The position numbers and the translations under genes are program-made. From positions 85,373 to 106,285 of the IMG/VR virus record IMGVR_UViG_3300044712_000982: a stretch of DNA of 20,913 nucleotides. One strand, given 5' to 3'. The DNA is from a virus. The notes under the pieces were generated by a model. It did not search any database. It worked only from the letters and a program-made list of their open reading frames with translations, and had not been told where the DNA came from. Positions 14,340 to 20,913 of the stretch are shown here, in pieces (positions within the stretch are counted from its first letter, which is position 1; the number at the start of each line of letters is the position of its first letter).

Positions 14340-14412
14340 CCCTCGGCAGCTCGACGGAACGAGCAACGGACTTCTAAGCCGCTGGTTGCCGGTTCGATTC
14401 CGGCCCGAGGGA
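14340..14412 (+). tRNA. trnR: tRNA-Arg(TCT), weak anticodon stem, C8/G14
   Basis: ACGGA-CTTCTAA-GCCGC. Confidence 0.8.
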
Positions 14413-14418
14413 CTCTCT

Positions 14419-14490
14419 CTCCCGCTAGCTCAACGGACAGAGCGCCACCCTCCTAAGGTGGATGTCCACGTTCGAATCGTGGGCGGGAGA
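14419..14490 (+). tRNA. trnR: tRNA-Arg(CCT)
   Basis: CCACC-CTCCTAA-GGTGG. Confidence 0.93.
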
Positions 14491-14495
14491 CTTAT

Positions 14496-14567
14496 GCGCC
14501 GTTAGCTCAGAGGTAGAGCTGCCGCCTTTTAAGCGGAGTGTCGCAGGTTCGAGCCCTGCACGGCGTA
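14496..14567 (+). tRNA. trnK: tRNA-Lys(TTT)
   Basis: CCGC-CTTTTAA-GCGG. Confidence 0.93.
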
Positions 14568-14568
14568 C

Positions 14569-14642
14569 TGCGGGTGTGGTGGAGTGGAACCACGCTGGGC
14601 TCATAACCCGGAGACGCCGTTCGAATCGGACACCCGCCACCA
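14569..14642 (+). tRNA. trnM: Initiator-type tRNA-fMet(CAT), CCA encoded, imperfect T stem
   Basis: CTGGG-CTCATAA-CCCGG (three G-C pairs); 1:72 U-C mismatch. Confidence 0.82.
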
Positions 14643-14714
14643 CGCGCGTTCGACTATGGGTTAGGTTGCGAAGCTTTCACCTTCGCGGAACGGGTTCGAG
14701 TCCCGTACGCGCGA
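14643..14714 (+). tRNA. trnE: tRNA-Glu(TTC)
   Basis: CGAAG-CTTTCAC-CTTCG; starts immediately after the CCA of fMet. Confidence 0.9.
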
Positions 14715-14718
14715 CTAT

Positions 14719-14793
14719 TCCGGTGTCGCCCAATTCGGTAGGGCAACGCACTGTTAATGCGTACAGGTGCAGGTTCGAGTCCTGCCACCGGAG
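14719..14793 (+). tRNA. trnN: tRNA-Asn(GTT)
   Basis: ACGCA-CTGTTAA-TGCGT. Confidence 0.95.
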
Positions 14794-14797
14794 CTTC

Positions 14798-14872
14798 GCG
14801 TCGGAGTCCATCTGGTTGGTGGAGACCGTCTTATAAACGGTGTGTGGCTGGGTTCAATTCCCGCGCGGCGCA
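14798..14872 (+). tRNA. trnI: tRNA-Ile(TAT), atypical
   Basis: ACCGT-CTTATAA-ACGGT; A8/U14, bulged T stem, A73. Confidence 0.75.
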
Positions 14873-14877
14873 CCTAT

Positions 14878-14950
14878 GCCCGTGTAGCTCAGTTGGTGGA
14901 GCGGCTGCCTTACAAGCAGCGGGATGCAGGTTCGAATCCTGTCGCGGGTA
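14878..14950 (+). tRNA. trnV: tRNA-Val(TAC)
   Basis: GCTGC-CTTACAA-GCAGC. Confidence 0.95.
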
Positions 14951-14952
14951 CT

Positions 14953-15026
14953 GTGACTGTAGCTCAATGGTAGAGCGCTGGATTGTGGCTCCAGCGATGC
15001 CGGTTCAATTCCGGTCGGTCACCCCA
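14953..15026 (+). tRNA. trnH: tRNA-His(GTG), CCA encoded, no genomic G-1
   Basis: CTGGA-TTGTGGC-TCCAG; C73; base -1 is T. Confidence 0.93.
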
Positions 15027-15027
15027 A

Positions 15028-15112
15028 GTCCGTCGTGAGCATTGGTCAGCTCGGCAGTCTGTAAAACTGTCGCCTTGCGGCTGATCCGGTTCGAATCCGG
15101 GGGCGGGCACCA
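15028..15112 (+). tRNA. trnY: tRNA-Tyr(GTA), CCA encoded
   Basis: GCAGT-CTGTAAA-ACTGT; long variable arm. Confidence 0.9.
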
Positions 15113-15113
15113 A

Positions 15114-15185
15114 GTCTTCGTAGCGCAGCGGAAGCGCGCGGCCCTCCGAAGGCCGAGGTCGCTGGTTCGAATCCAGTCGGGGACG
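15114..15185 (+). tRNA. trnR: tRNA-Arg(CCG)
   Basis: CGGCC-CTCCGAA-GGCCG. Confidence 0.93.
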
Positions 15186-15186
15186 C

Positions 15187-15417
15187 TCACGGCTCGGTGT
15201 CGTTGCGGGTGCAGCGGCCGGTCTGCAAAACCGGATTCTCTCGGGTTCGACTCCCGGCCGAGCCTCTATGCCGTCTGCTGTGGATTTTGCGCTGGCGGGT
15301 CGGCTGCCCAGTCGCCATCGCCCGTGCGACCAGCGCGGCCCGGTCGGCCTCCGGGTCTCCGGTCCAGTCGTCGTACCGGCTTGAGAGTGGGCTTGTATCG
15401 CGTTCGCTGGTGCTCAC
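15187..15417 (-). CDS. Hypothetical protein, 3' end antisense to tRNA-Cys (possibly truncated)
   Basis: GGAGGGG RBS; GTG overlaps the upstream TAG. Confidence 0.5.
   Translation of the reverse strand: MSTSERDTSPLSSRYDDWTGDPEADRAALVARAMATGQPTRQRKIHSRRHRGSAGSRTRENPVLQTGRCTRNDTEP
15191..15265 (+). tRNA. trnC: tRNA-Cys(GCA), extended D stem
   Basis: CCGGT-CTGCAAA-ACCGG; U73. Confidence 0.88.
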
Positions 15418-15815
15418 TAGCTATCCCCTCCTGCTGTTGCGTAGATCTTCGGCGAGTCGAGGCGCGGCTTTCCGTGCACCGTCTCACCCCCGTACCGCAG
15501 GTGCCCCTGCTCGACGAGCTGGCCGATGATCTGCCGGCGACGCTCCGGCGAGCACTCGGCGACGGACGGTATGTCGCGGGCTATCTCCCGCAACGTCACG
15601 CCGTCCGGGCGGGCTGCGGCGTACGCGACGACGGCTGCGGCGCGGTCGCCGATCGGCGCAGGCTTGGCGCCGGCTGCCTGGATCTCATCCCACGCGGCCA
15701 CCAGCGCCGCGTGCTGCTCCTCCATCCGCTCCACCTCGCGGGCGAGCTGCAACAGGTGGTCACGGTTGATCACGCGCGGCTCGACGGCGCGGCGGATCTG
15801 GTCGGCGAGGCTCAT
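15417..15815 (-). CDS. Protein with C-terminal winged-HTH-like domain
   Basis: GGAG RBS; GVTLREIARDI...RRQIIGQLVEQGHL. Confidence 0.7.
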   Translation of the reverse strand: MSLADQIRRAVEPRVINRDHLLQLAREVERMEEQHAALVAAWDEIQAAGAKPAPIGDRAAAVVAYAAARPDGVTLREIARDIPSVAECSPERRRQIIGQLVEQGHLRYGGETVHGKPRLDSPKIYATAGGDS

Positions 15816-15839
15816 CGGAGCTCCAATCGGGTTGGGTGG

Positions 15840-15986
15840 TCAGGCTGCGTTCTCGGCGCGGTGGACCCGTGCTGCCGCGCGGGCCTCAGAGCGGCTTTCG
15901 GCATGGCTCTTCCAGCCGCACGAACATCTGGCGGTGCTGTTCTCGCTGCGCACGTGCCGGCCGCATGAGCCGTTCGACTTGGTCAC
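15840..15986 (-). CDS. Possible small Zn-finger protein (CSCGW...H); start uncertain
   Basis: ARCSCGWKS...AAARVHR motif; a competing + strand frame is also open. Confidence 0.4.
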   Translation of the reverse strand: MTKSNGSCGRHVRSENSTARCSCGWKSHAESRSEARAAARVHRAENAA

Positions 15987-16116
15987 GTACCGCTCGCTCT
16001 GGTGCGCCCGCGTCACCGGCCGCGGCGATGCTGCGGACGTCACGCTGTTCGGCGGACACGCCGTCGGCCAGGCCATCGCCAGCCTGTTCCTCGGCCGGGG
16101 ACTCGCCCGCAACGCC

Positions 16117-16515
16117 ATGACGGACTGGTGCGCGCCCGCGGCCGAGGAGCCGGCGTGGCACGACGAGGCGCTGAGCGGCATTGGGCAGATCTGCTCGTGG
16201 GCCGCCGCCGTCGGAGATCCGTACGGGGCGCTCGGCTTGGCGCACTACCTCGCCGGTGAGTACGTGGAGCCATCTGCCGCCCGCGATGTTCTGCTGCTGG
16301 ACAAGGTCGTCGCCGCTCTCGGCCCAGTCGATCGGGCCGCCGCGGTGCATGACGTCTACCGGGTGTGGAAGGACGCGCCGAAGACGGCTGACCTTGGCGA
16401 ACAGATCGCGCGTGTGTTGGCCGGCGTGGGGAGGTCGGACCGGCACCCGGGATTCGACAGCATGCAGGACGTGATTCGCACGTCCGCGCTTGAGCTTGAG
16501 CAGAACTCGGCCTGA
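16117..16515 (+). CDS. Hypothetical protein; start uncertain
   Basis: High GC3 and protein-like composition; co-oriented with the downstream kinase. Confidence 0.5.
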   Translation: MTDWCAPAAEEPAWHDEALSGIGQICSWAAAVGDPYGALGLAHYLAGEYVEPSAARDVLLLDKVVAALGPVDRAAAVHDVYRVWKDAPKTADLGEQIARVLAGVGRSDRHPGFDSMQDVIRTSALELEQNSA

Positions 16516-16574
16516 TCGTCCCGCTTCTCCCGCAACCGGCACGGGGGCCCGGTGGCGGGGGTGGAGGTGCGACC

Positions 16575-17051
16575 ATGTCGACCCTGATCGTTACGCTCGG
16601 CCCGCCCGGGTGCGGCAAAACCTACGACGTCGACGCGTGGATGCGCGTCGAGCCGGGCAGGGTGCGGATCTCCCGCGACGGACTACGGGTGGCTGTCGGA
16701 TTCGGCGGCAACCACGACGACAACCCGCGCTGGATGGAGGACGCGATTACGATGGCGCAGCGCGCCGCCGTTCGGGAGTGGCTACTCGACGGACTTGACG
16801 TGGCCATCGACGACACGTGCCAGTCGCAGCCGACGATGGACAACTGGATGCTGATCGCGAAGCGGTGCCGGGCGCGGCTGGTCGTGTGGGACTACCGGGC
16901 GGTGCCGCTGACGCTGTGCATTACGCGGGACCGCGAGCGCGGCGCCCGTGGTGGGAGGCTTGTCGGTGAGGATGCGGTTCGGTTGGTTGCCGAACGTTGC
17001 GCCGCCGTGACCATCCCGGCTGGCGCGGACTCGCTGCGGCTGCTGGCCTAG
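16575..17051 (+). CDS. AAA_33 / polynucleotide kinase (T4 PseT kinase-domain-like)
   Basis: GGAGGT RBS; GPPGCGKT, ISRDGLR, VAIDDT, CITRDRER lid motifs. Confidence 0.85.
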   Translation: MSTLIVTLGPPGCGKTYDVDAWMRVEPGRVRISRDGLRVAVGFGGNHDDNPRWMEDAITMAQRAAVREWLLDGLDVAIDDTCQSQPTMDNWMLIAKRCRARLVVWDYRAVPLTLCITRDRERGARGGRLVGEDAVRLVAERCAAVTIPAGADSLRLLA

Positions 17052-17443
17052 CTGGCGATGAGCAGCGCAACCACATAGGCCCAGCCGATGTGCCACACCT
17101 GGTCGAGCAGCGGTAGCCCTCCGCCCTCGACGAACCCACCAGAGCCGGTCGCGCACGCCAACCAGCGCAGCGGCGCCCGACGGTCCGCGGCGTAGTGCGT
17201 GGCGGCGTTCACGGCGAGCCCGACGACCAGCGCGGCCGGCGAGAGTACCCAGCCCGATACCGCCACGACCACCGCGACGACGGCGGCGATCGTGGCGGTG
17301 AGGGTCGCGACGTGCGCCGCGCACGCCAACCTACCGGCCCAGCCCGGGTCGGCCTTGCGCGCGGCCTGGCGGTCGGACTGGATCCAGTAGTCGCCGAGTA
17401 GATGGCCGACGACGATTGCCGCGAAAACATCGGTTGCGCCCAT
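17048..17443 (-). CDS. DUF3307 membrane protein
   Basis: GHLLGDYWIQ...HV...HYAADR...DQVWH. Confidence 0.88.
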   Translation of the reverse strand: MGATDVFAAIVVGHLLGDYWIQSDRQAARKADPGWAGRLACAAHVATLTATIAAVVAVVVAVSGWVLSPAALVVGLAVNAATHYAADRRAPLRWLACATGSGGFVEGGGLPLLDQVWHIGWAYVVALLIAS

Positions 17444-17501
17444 ACGTCAAGCGTGGTGGGCGCAACCGCAAAGCTGTATGTCAAATTGCGTAAAGCGCTG
17501 T

Positions 17502-17834
17502 TCACTCACGTTCAGGCGCGTAAAACACGAATGGCAATCCGTCCTCGGCCTCCAGTTCGGCCAGTAGCGTCTCCCACGCAACGAGTTCGCCCGTGCATGG
17601 CCCCCCGCCTGGCTGCGGATCCTCGTGTGTGGCGTGGCACACGCGGCAGATGGCCTGTCCGGGCTCACGTGGGATGAAGATTGCCCACGTGCCACACCCG
17701 GGACATTGCTCCTGTCTGCACACTACCGACGCGCGTTCTAGCCACCACGCGTGATAGGAGTACCCGCCCGGTTTGTCTGGGTGGTGGAGTTCTGTGCGTG
17801 GGCACGGTGGCGGTTCAGTGCGCCGTTTCGCCAT
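17502..17834 (-). CDS. Zn-binding protein, paralogous to 7987-8187
   Basis: GAGGAG RBS; CP...H.P..PGGY...Q.QCPGCG plus CRVC. Confidence 0.7.
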   Translation of the reverse strand: MAKRRTEPPPCPRTELHHPDKPGGYSYHAWWLERASVVCRQEQCPGCGTWAIFIPREPGQAICRVCHATHEDPQPGGGPCTGELVAWETLLAELEAEDGLPFVFYAPERE

Positions 17835-18054
17835 GGCACTCTCCTCGGATCCGCGCGAGCCGTTCCCGGTTGCGCTGTTGTTCGGCTTCGTACCGGGCCG
17901 TCTGCTCCGGTGTCCACTCGATGCGCTGGACGGCGGCGACCACCTCGCGCATGGCCGCCTCACCCTCGGGGCTGAGCGGTTCGGCGCCGCGGACCATCGC
18001 GATCACCTCGCCAGCGTCGTCGAGCAGCGGCCGGCAACGCTCCTCAGCGCTCAC
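17815..18054 (-). CDS. Hypothetical protein (79 aa)
   Basis: GAGGT RBS, GTGA overlap. Confidence 0.65.
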   Translation of the reverse strand: MSAEERCRPLLDDAGEVIAMVRGAEPLSPEGEAAMREVVAAVQRIEWTPEQTARYEAEQQRNRERLARIRGECHGETAH

Positions 18055-18683
18055 GCCGCCACCTCGCCGAGCCGCATGGCCGCGAATTGCGCGGCGCCCC
18101 ATTTGCAGTCACCGAGCGCCGTGTGACGCTCGAACGCGTCGGGGTTGACGCCGATCGCCCGCGACCAGTCGTCGGAGCGAATCTTCCCGTCGCCGCGTGA
18201 CGACACCGGGACGATTCCCTTCGCCGAGCACCAGCCGCGCGCCGCAGACGGCAGGTCGAGCGGGTGATGCTCCCACGCTGGTGTCAGCCCATGCTCGGCG
18301 AGCATCACGGCGAGGTGGTCCTGGTCGAACGTTGGCTTCGAGCCGACGAACACGGCGCCGCGGGCGAGGTTCTCGATCTCGTCTGCCAATTCGAACGGCG
18401 ACGCCGAGGCGCAGCCGATGTCGTATGGCTCCACGCCATCAGCGCACGGCTCGGATGGGTGGTACATCCGCAACGCCGTTCCGGGCTGCGCGTCACGTAG
18501 CGCCGGGTCGATGCGACCGTGGTACCGGTTGACTTCGAGCGCACGCTGATCGGCGATGGTCAGATCCGGCTTGACCTGCCACAGGTACTCCTCGCCGTGA
18601 GCGGTGATGATGCCGACCTCCCACACGACAAGGTGACCGGGCGCCAGTCGGATCGTCTCGACGTCCGCGAATACGTATTTCAC
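18051..18683 (-). CDS. DEDDh 3'-5' exonuclease (DnaQ-like, actinophage type)
   Basis: FADVET, GSKPTFD and HTALGD motifs; GTG at 18683. Confidence 0.88.
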   Translation of the reverse strand: MKYVFADVETIRLAPGHLVVWEVGIITAHGEEYLWQVKPDLTIADQRALEVNRYHGRIDPALRDAQPGTALRMYHPSEPCADGVEPYDIGCASASPFELADEIENLARGAVFVGSKPTFDQDHLAVMLAEHGLTPAWEHHPLDLPSAARGWCSAKGIVPVSSRGDGKIRSDDWSRAIGVNPDAFERHTALGDCKWGAAQFAAMRLGEVAA

Positions 18684-19075
18684 TGCTTCGCCTCTCGGAT
18701 TTCGCGGCGATTCTCCTCGATTGCCGCGTCTGCTTCCGGGTCGTCGTCCGGGTCGCCGCCGTCGCCCTGGCACATGCCGCAGAAGTCGAGCGCCCGCTCG
18801 CCATCCGGGACAGGCCGTAGCCGCTCGCCATCCCACCTGCCTTCGCCGACGCCGTTGCATGCGGGGCATAGTGCCCGGATCGGCTCACGTGCGAGGGCGG
18901 CGGCGATCGTCTCGGCCGTCGCCTGGTCCAGTTCGGGGTCGCCGTCGGGTAGGTGCTCGGCGTGCCGTGCTGCGACGTAGGTCGGGCCGAGTCCGGGAAC
19001 GTCAACGATCAACTGGTCTTCGATACCGCACACGAGCTGGCCGACATAGCGCGTGCCGGCGATACGGACACTCAC
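18680..19075 (-). CDS. Protein with DnaJ-type CxxCxGxG zinc finger
   Basis: CPACNGVG and CGMCQGDG; GTGA overlap. Confidence 0.7.
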   Translation of the reverse strand: MSVRIAGTRYVGQLVCGIEDQLIVDVPGLGPTYVAARHAEHLPDGDPELDQATAETIAAALAREPIRALCPACNGVGEGRWDGERLRPVPDGERALDFCGMCQGDGGDPDDDPEADAAIEENRREIREAKQ

Positions 19076-19728
19076 GACGCACCTGCCGCCACCGGCTCGT
19101 TGTCCCGCGTAGCTTTCGCCGCGTCGTACTGGCCGATACCCCAGGCGATAGCATGACAGGACCACAGGTAGTGATAGTCCCAGTCGCGCAGGTCCCATTC
19201 CCAGTTGTCGTCGAAGCGGACCTTCACGTCGGATTCTGCGAACGTGAATGTGAAATCGTCGATAACACGACGGGCTGCGTCCTCGAAGTCGAGCCGATTA
19301 TCCCAGTCATCGAACAGTTCTTCGTGGACGGCCTTGGCCAGACCCTTGGCGTCCCTGCCGTGCGCCTCGTACTCGTCGCGTACTGCCCGCCAGATCTTCT
19401 CCTCGGTGCGTTCGCGGGAGTACTTCTTCGTCCGTTCACGGCCGTCGGTGACCTTCTCGGCCCAGTAGTCCGGATTGATGGGCTCACGGCCGACGCGTCG
19501 GAAGAACCCGAACATGTCCTCGACCCTACTGAAGGTGTATCCGTCGCGGTCGCCCCCGATATGCAGGTGGTACGGCCAGGTGACGATGTCGAAGTATTCG
19601 AGTCCGGTGTCGGGGCGCTTGAACCGCAGGTGACGGTACAGGCCGTTTTCGTGGAGCACTGTGAGTTGGTGTTCGGTGACGTCGCGGTCGAACCGGTGCT
19701 GAATGTAGTCGGGATAGCGGGGCCTCAC
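19072..19728 (-). CDS. Conserved phage hypothetical protein (218 aa)
   Basis: GLYRHLRF...ivTWP.hL.I.GD...Y.F.R..DMF.FF...INP.YWAEK family pattern; AAAGGA RBS. Confidence 0.85.
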   Translation of the reverse strand: MRPRYPDYIQHRFDRDVTEHQLTVLHENGLYRHLRFKRPDTGLEYFDIVTWPYHLHIGGDRDGYTFSRVEDMFGFFRRVGREPINPDYWAEKVTDGRERTKKYSRERTEEKIWRAVRDEYEAHGRDAKGLAKAVHEELFDDWDNRLDFEDAARRVIDDFTFTFAESDVKVRFDDNWEWDLRDWDYHYLWSCHAIAWGIGQYDAAKATRDNEPVAAGAS

Positions 19729-20129
19729 GATGCGTCCTTTCCGGTGCCGATGCGCAGCACCTCGGCGGTGCCGTCGGCGAGCATTGCGTCGACTGCGGCG
19801 TTGCTGGCGTCCTCTCCCCAGCATCCGGACCACGGCCGCGGCTCGGTCCCGGGTGCCGAGTACAGCGTTGTCACCGTCTCGGGGTCCTCTTTGATGTAGG
19901 CGACGTCCGTCGTCGCCACCACGGTCCCCGTCGGCAGGCTCGCCGCGTCCTTGTGGTCGAGCGCCCAGTCGACCGCAGCGCGCACCTTGGCGAGGTGCGC
20001 CCGCCCACGTTCGGCCTCGACGACCGTGCACACCTGGTTTACGGCCATGGTCGCGATCGTGGGGAGGTGGTCGTTGGTCCGTTCTAGTGCGCGGACGGTC
20101 TGCCACGCGTACGTTTTCAAGTCGATCAT
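19725..20129 (-). CDS. Hypothetical phage protein (134 aa)
   Basis: Coupled by 4-nt overlaps on both sides. Confidence 0.7.
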   Translation of the reverse strand: MIDLKTYAWQTVRALERTNDHLPTIATMAVNQVCTVVEAERGRAHLAKVRAAVDWALDHKDAASLPTGTVVATTDVAYIKEDPETVTTLYSAPGTEPRPWSGCWGEDASNAAVDAMLADGTAEVLRIGTGKDAS

Positions 20130-20584
20130 CGGAAGGTCATCTTCGGCGCGGGAGATTCAACGATCATCCTGGCGAGGTCGTCTACGTCGGAGACGAGCCC
20201 TTCCACGACATTCTCGCATTCCCCATTCCGGGCATCCGTGATCATGTCGTCGATGGCGTAGAGCATGCCAAGTTGCAACGGCGTCAGCCCGACCACCTCG
20301 ACCTCTCCGCGGGCGGTCGCCGTACCGTCCCACCCGGTGATGACGATCGGCCCGGCATACGGCATGCGCGGTGCGCCGAGCGCCAGCAGGATCAGTGAGC
20401 CGATCGGGTTGCGGCGGTACTTGTCGGGGAGGACGTGCCCGCAGTCATTGACCCATGCAGCCAAGTCGCGGGTGAGTTGGACGCGGTTCCATCCTTCCGG
20501 GCCGACGTGGCTGAGCGCCAGCGTGTAGTCGGTGGCGGAGTTGCACTGCATCCCTCCGCCTTCGGTGATGATCAAGTAGTCCAT
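20126..20584 (-). CDS. DUF3846-like protein
   Basis: GAGGAG RBS; AWVNDCG...RNPIGS...YAGPIVITG. Confidence 0.7.
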   Translation of the reverse strand: MDYLIITEGGGMQCNSATDYTLALSHVGPEGWNRVQLTRDLAAWVNDCGHVLPDKYRRNPIGSLILLALGAPRMPYAGPIVITGWDGTATARGEVEVVGLTPLQLGMLYAIDDMITDARNGECENVVEGLVSDVDDLARMIVESPAPKMTFR

Positions 20585-20595
20585 TGACGTGCTCC

Positions 20596-20786
20596 TCAGG
20601 TGGTTGGGTTGGGGCCGCCGGGCAGGATCCGCCCGAACGGCTGCGGGCAGTCGCAGCCCATGACGTCGCAGCCGTGCATCCGGTGGGCGATTGCCCCATG
20701 GCCACATGCGGGGCAGGCGTAGCCCTTCGGCTCTGGCATGGCCAGGATCGCGGACTCTTCAGGGCTCCGGGACGCTGCTACTGTCC
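20596..20786 (-). pseudogene. Small Cys/His zinc-motif gene, apparently frameshifted near 20710; 5' end runs into the tandem repeat
   Basis: One frame reads ...MPEPKGYACP and another continues ACGHGAIAHRMHGCDVMGCDCPQPF...stop; adding one C would give YACPACGH. Confidence 0.4.
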
Positions 20787-20913
20787 GCTCGGTGCTCGGT
20801 GCTCGGTGCTCGGTGCTCGGTGCTCGGTGCTCGGTGCTCGGTGCTCGGTGCTCGGTGCTCGGTGCTCGGTGCTCGGTGCTCGGTGCTCGGTGCTCGGTGC
20901 TCGGTGCTCGGTG
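20787..20913. repeat. Perfect heptanucleotide tandem repeat (GCTCGGT)n, at least 18 copies, runs off the window
   Basis: Directly visible. Confidence 0.97.

Larger units (their letters stand above)
1..20913. mobile_element. Prophage/AICE-like accessory region of an actinobacterium (boundaries outside window)
   Basis: Dense, translationally coupled small ORFs, two repressor/Cro pairs, two replication genes, exonuclease, tRNA array and an spd-like membrane gene; no housekeeping genes. Confidence 0.8.

Noticed and set aside
12079-15190. Numerous ORF-track ORFs across the tRNA array
   Set aside because: They overlap clear tRNA cloverleaves; only the HNH ORF has an RBS and motifs
20787-20913. 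CRISPR array or linear-replicon telomere
   Set aside because: No spacers; actinomycete telomeres are palindrome-rich, not simple tandem repeats

Overview
High-GC actinobacterial (possibly Micromonosporaceae-like) mobile-element DNA, either a prophage early region or an integrative/conjugative element. No integrase or virion genes are visible in the window. It contains, from left to right: (i) an AICE-type spread/membrane module; (ii) a small protein + DUF6879 + XRE-DUF5753 regulatory trio; (iii) two parallel cI/cro-like switches, each leading through a hairpin and a tiny leader ORF into a different replication gene (a lambda-O-like initiator with internal 21-bp-phased iterons, and a DnaB-N/AAA_25 helicase followed by a CCTGTCC palindrome cluster); (iv) many small coupled phage-type ORFs; (v) a 3.2-kb array of 33 tRNA genes with 33 different anticodons covering all 20 amino acids, split by an HNH nuclease gene; (vi) a Pnk-type kinase, a DEDDh exonuclease and a terminal (GCTCGGT)n repeat. 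The most striking unexplained signal is an rRNA-operon-like boxA/CL2 antitermination motif inside the array, after its first tRNA, with a second degenerate copy directly after the HNH stop codon. Many tRNAs are also systematically non-canonical (Ile-UAU, short-arm Leu, C33, co-varying 8:14 bases, His without G-1). All calls come from manual reading; no searches were run.
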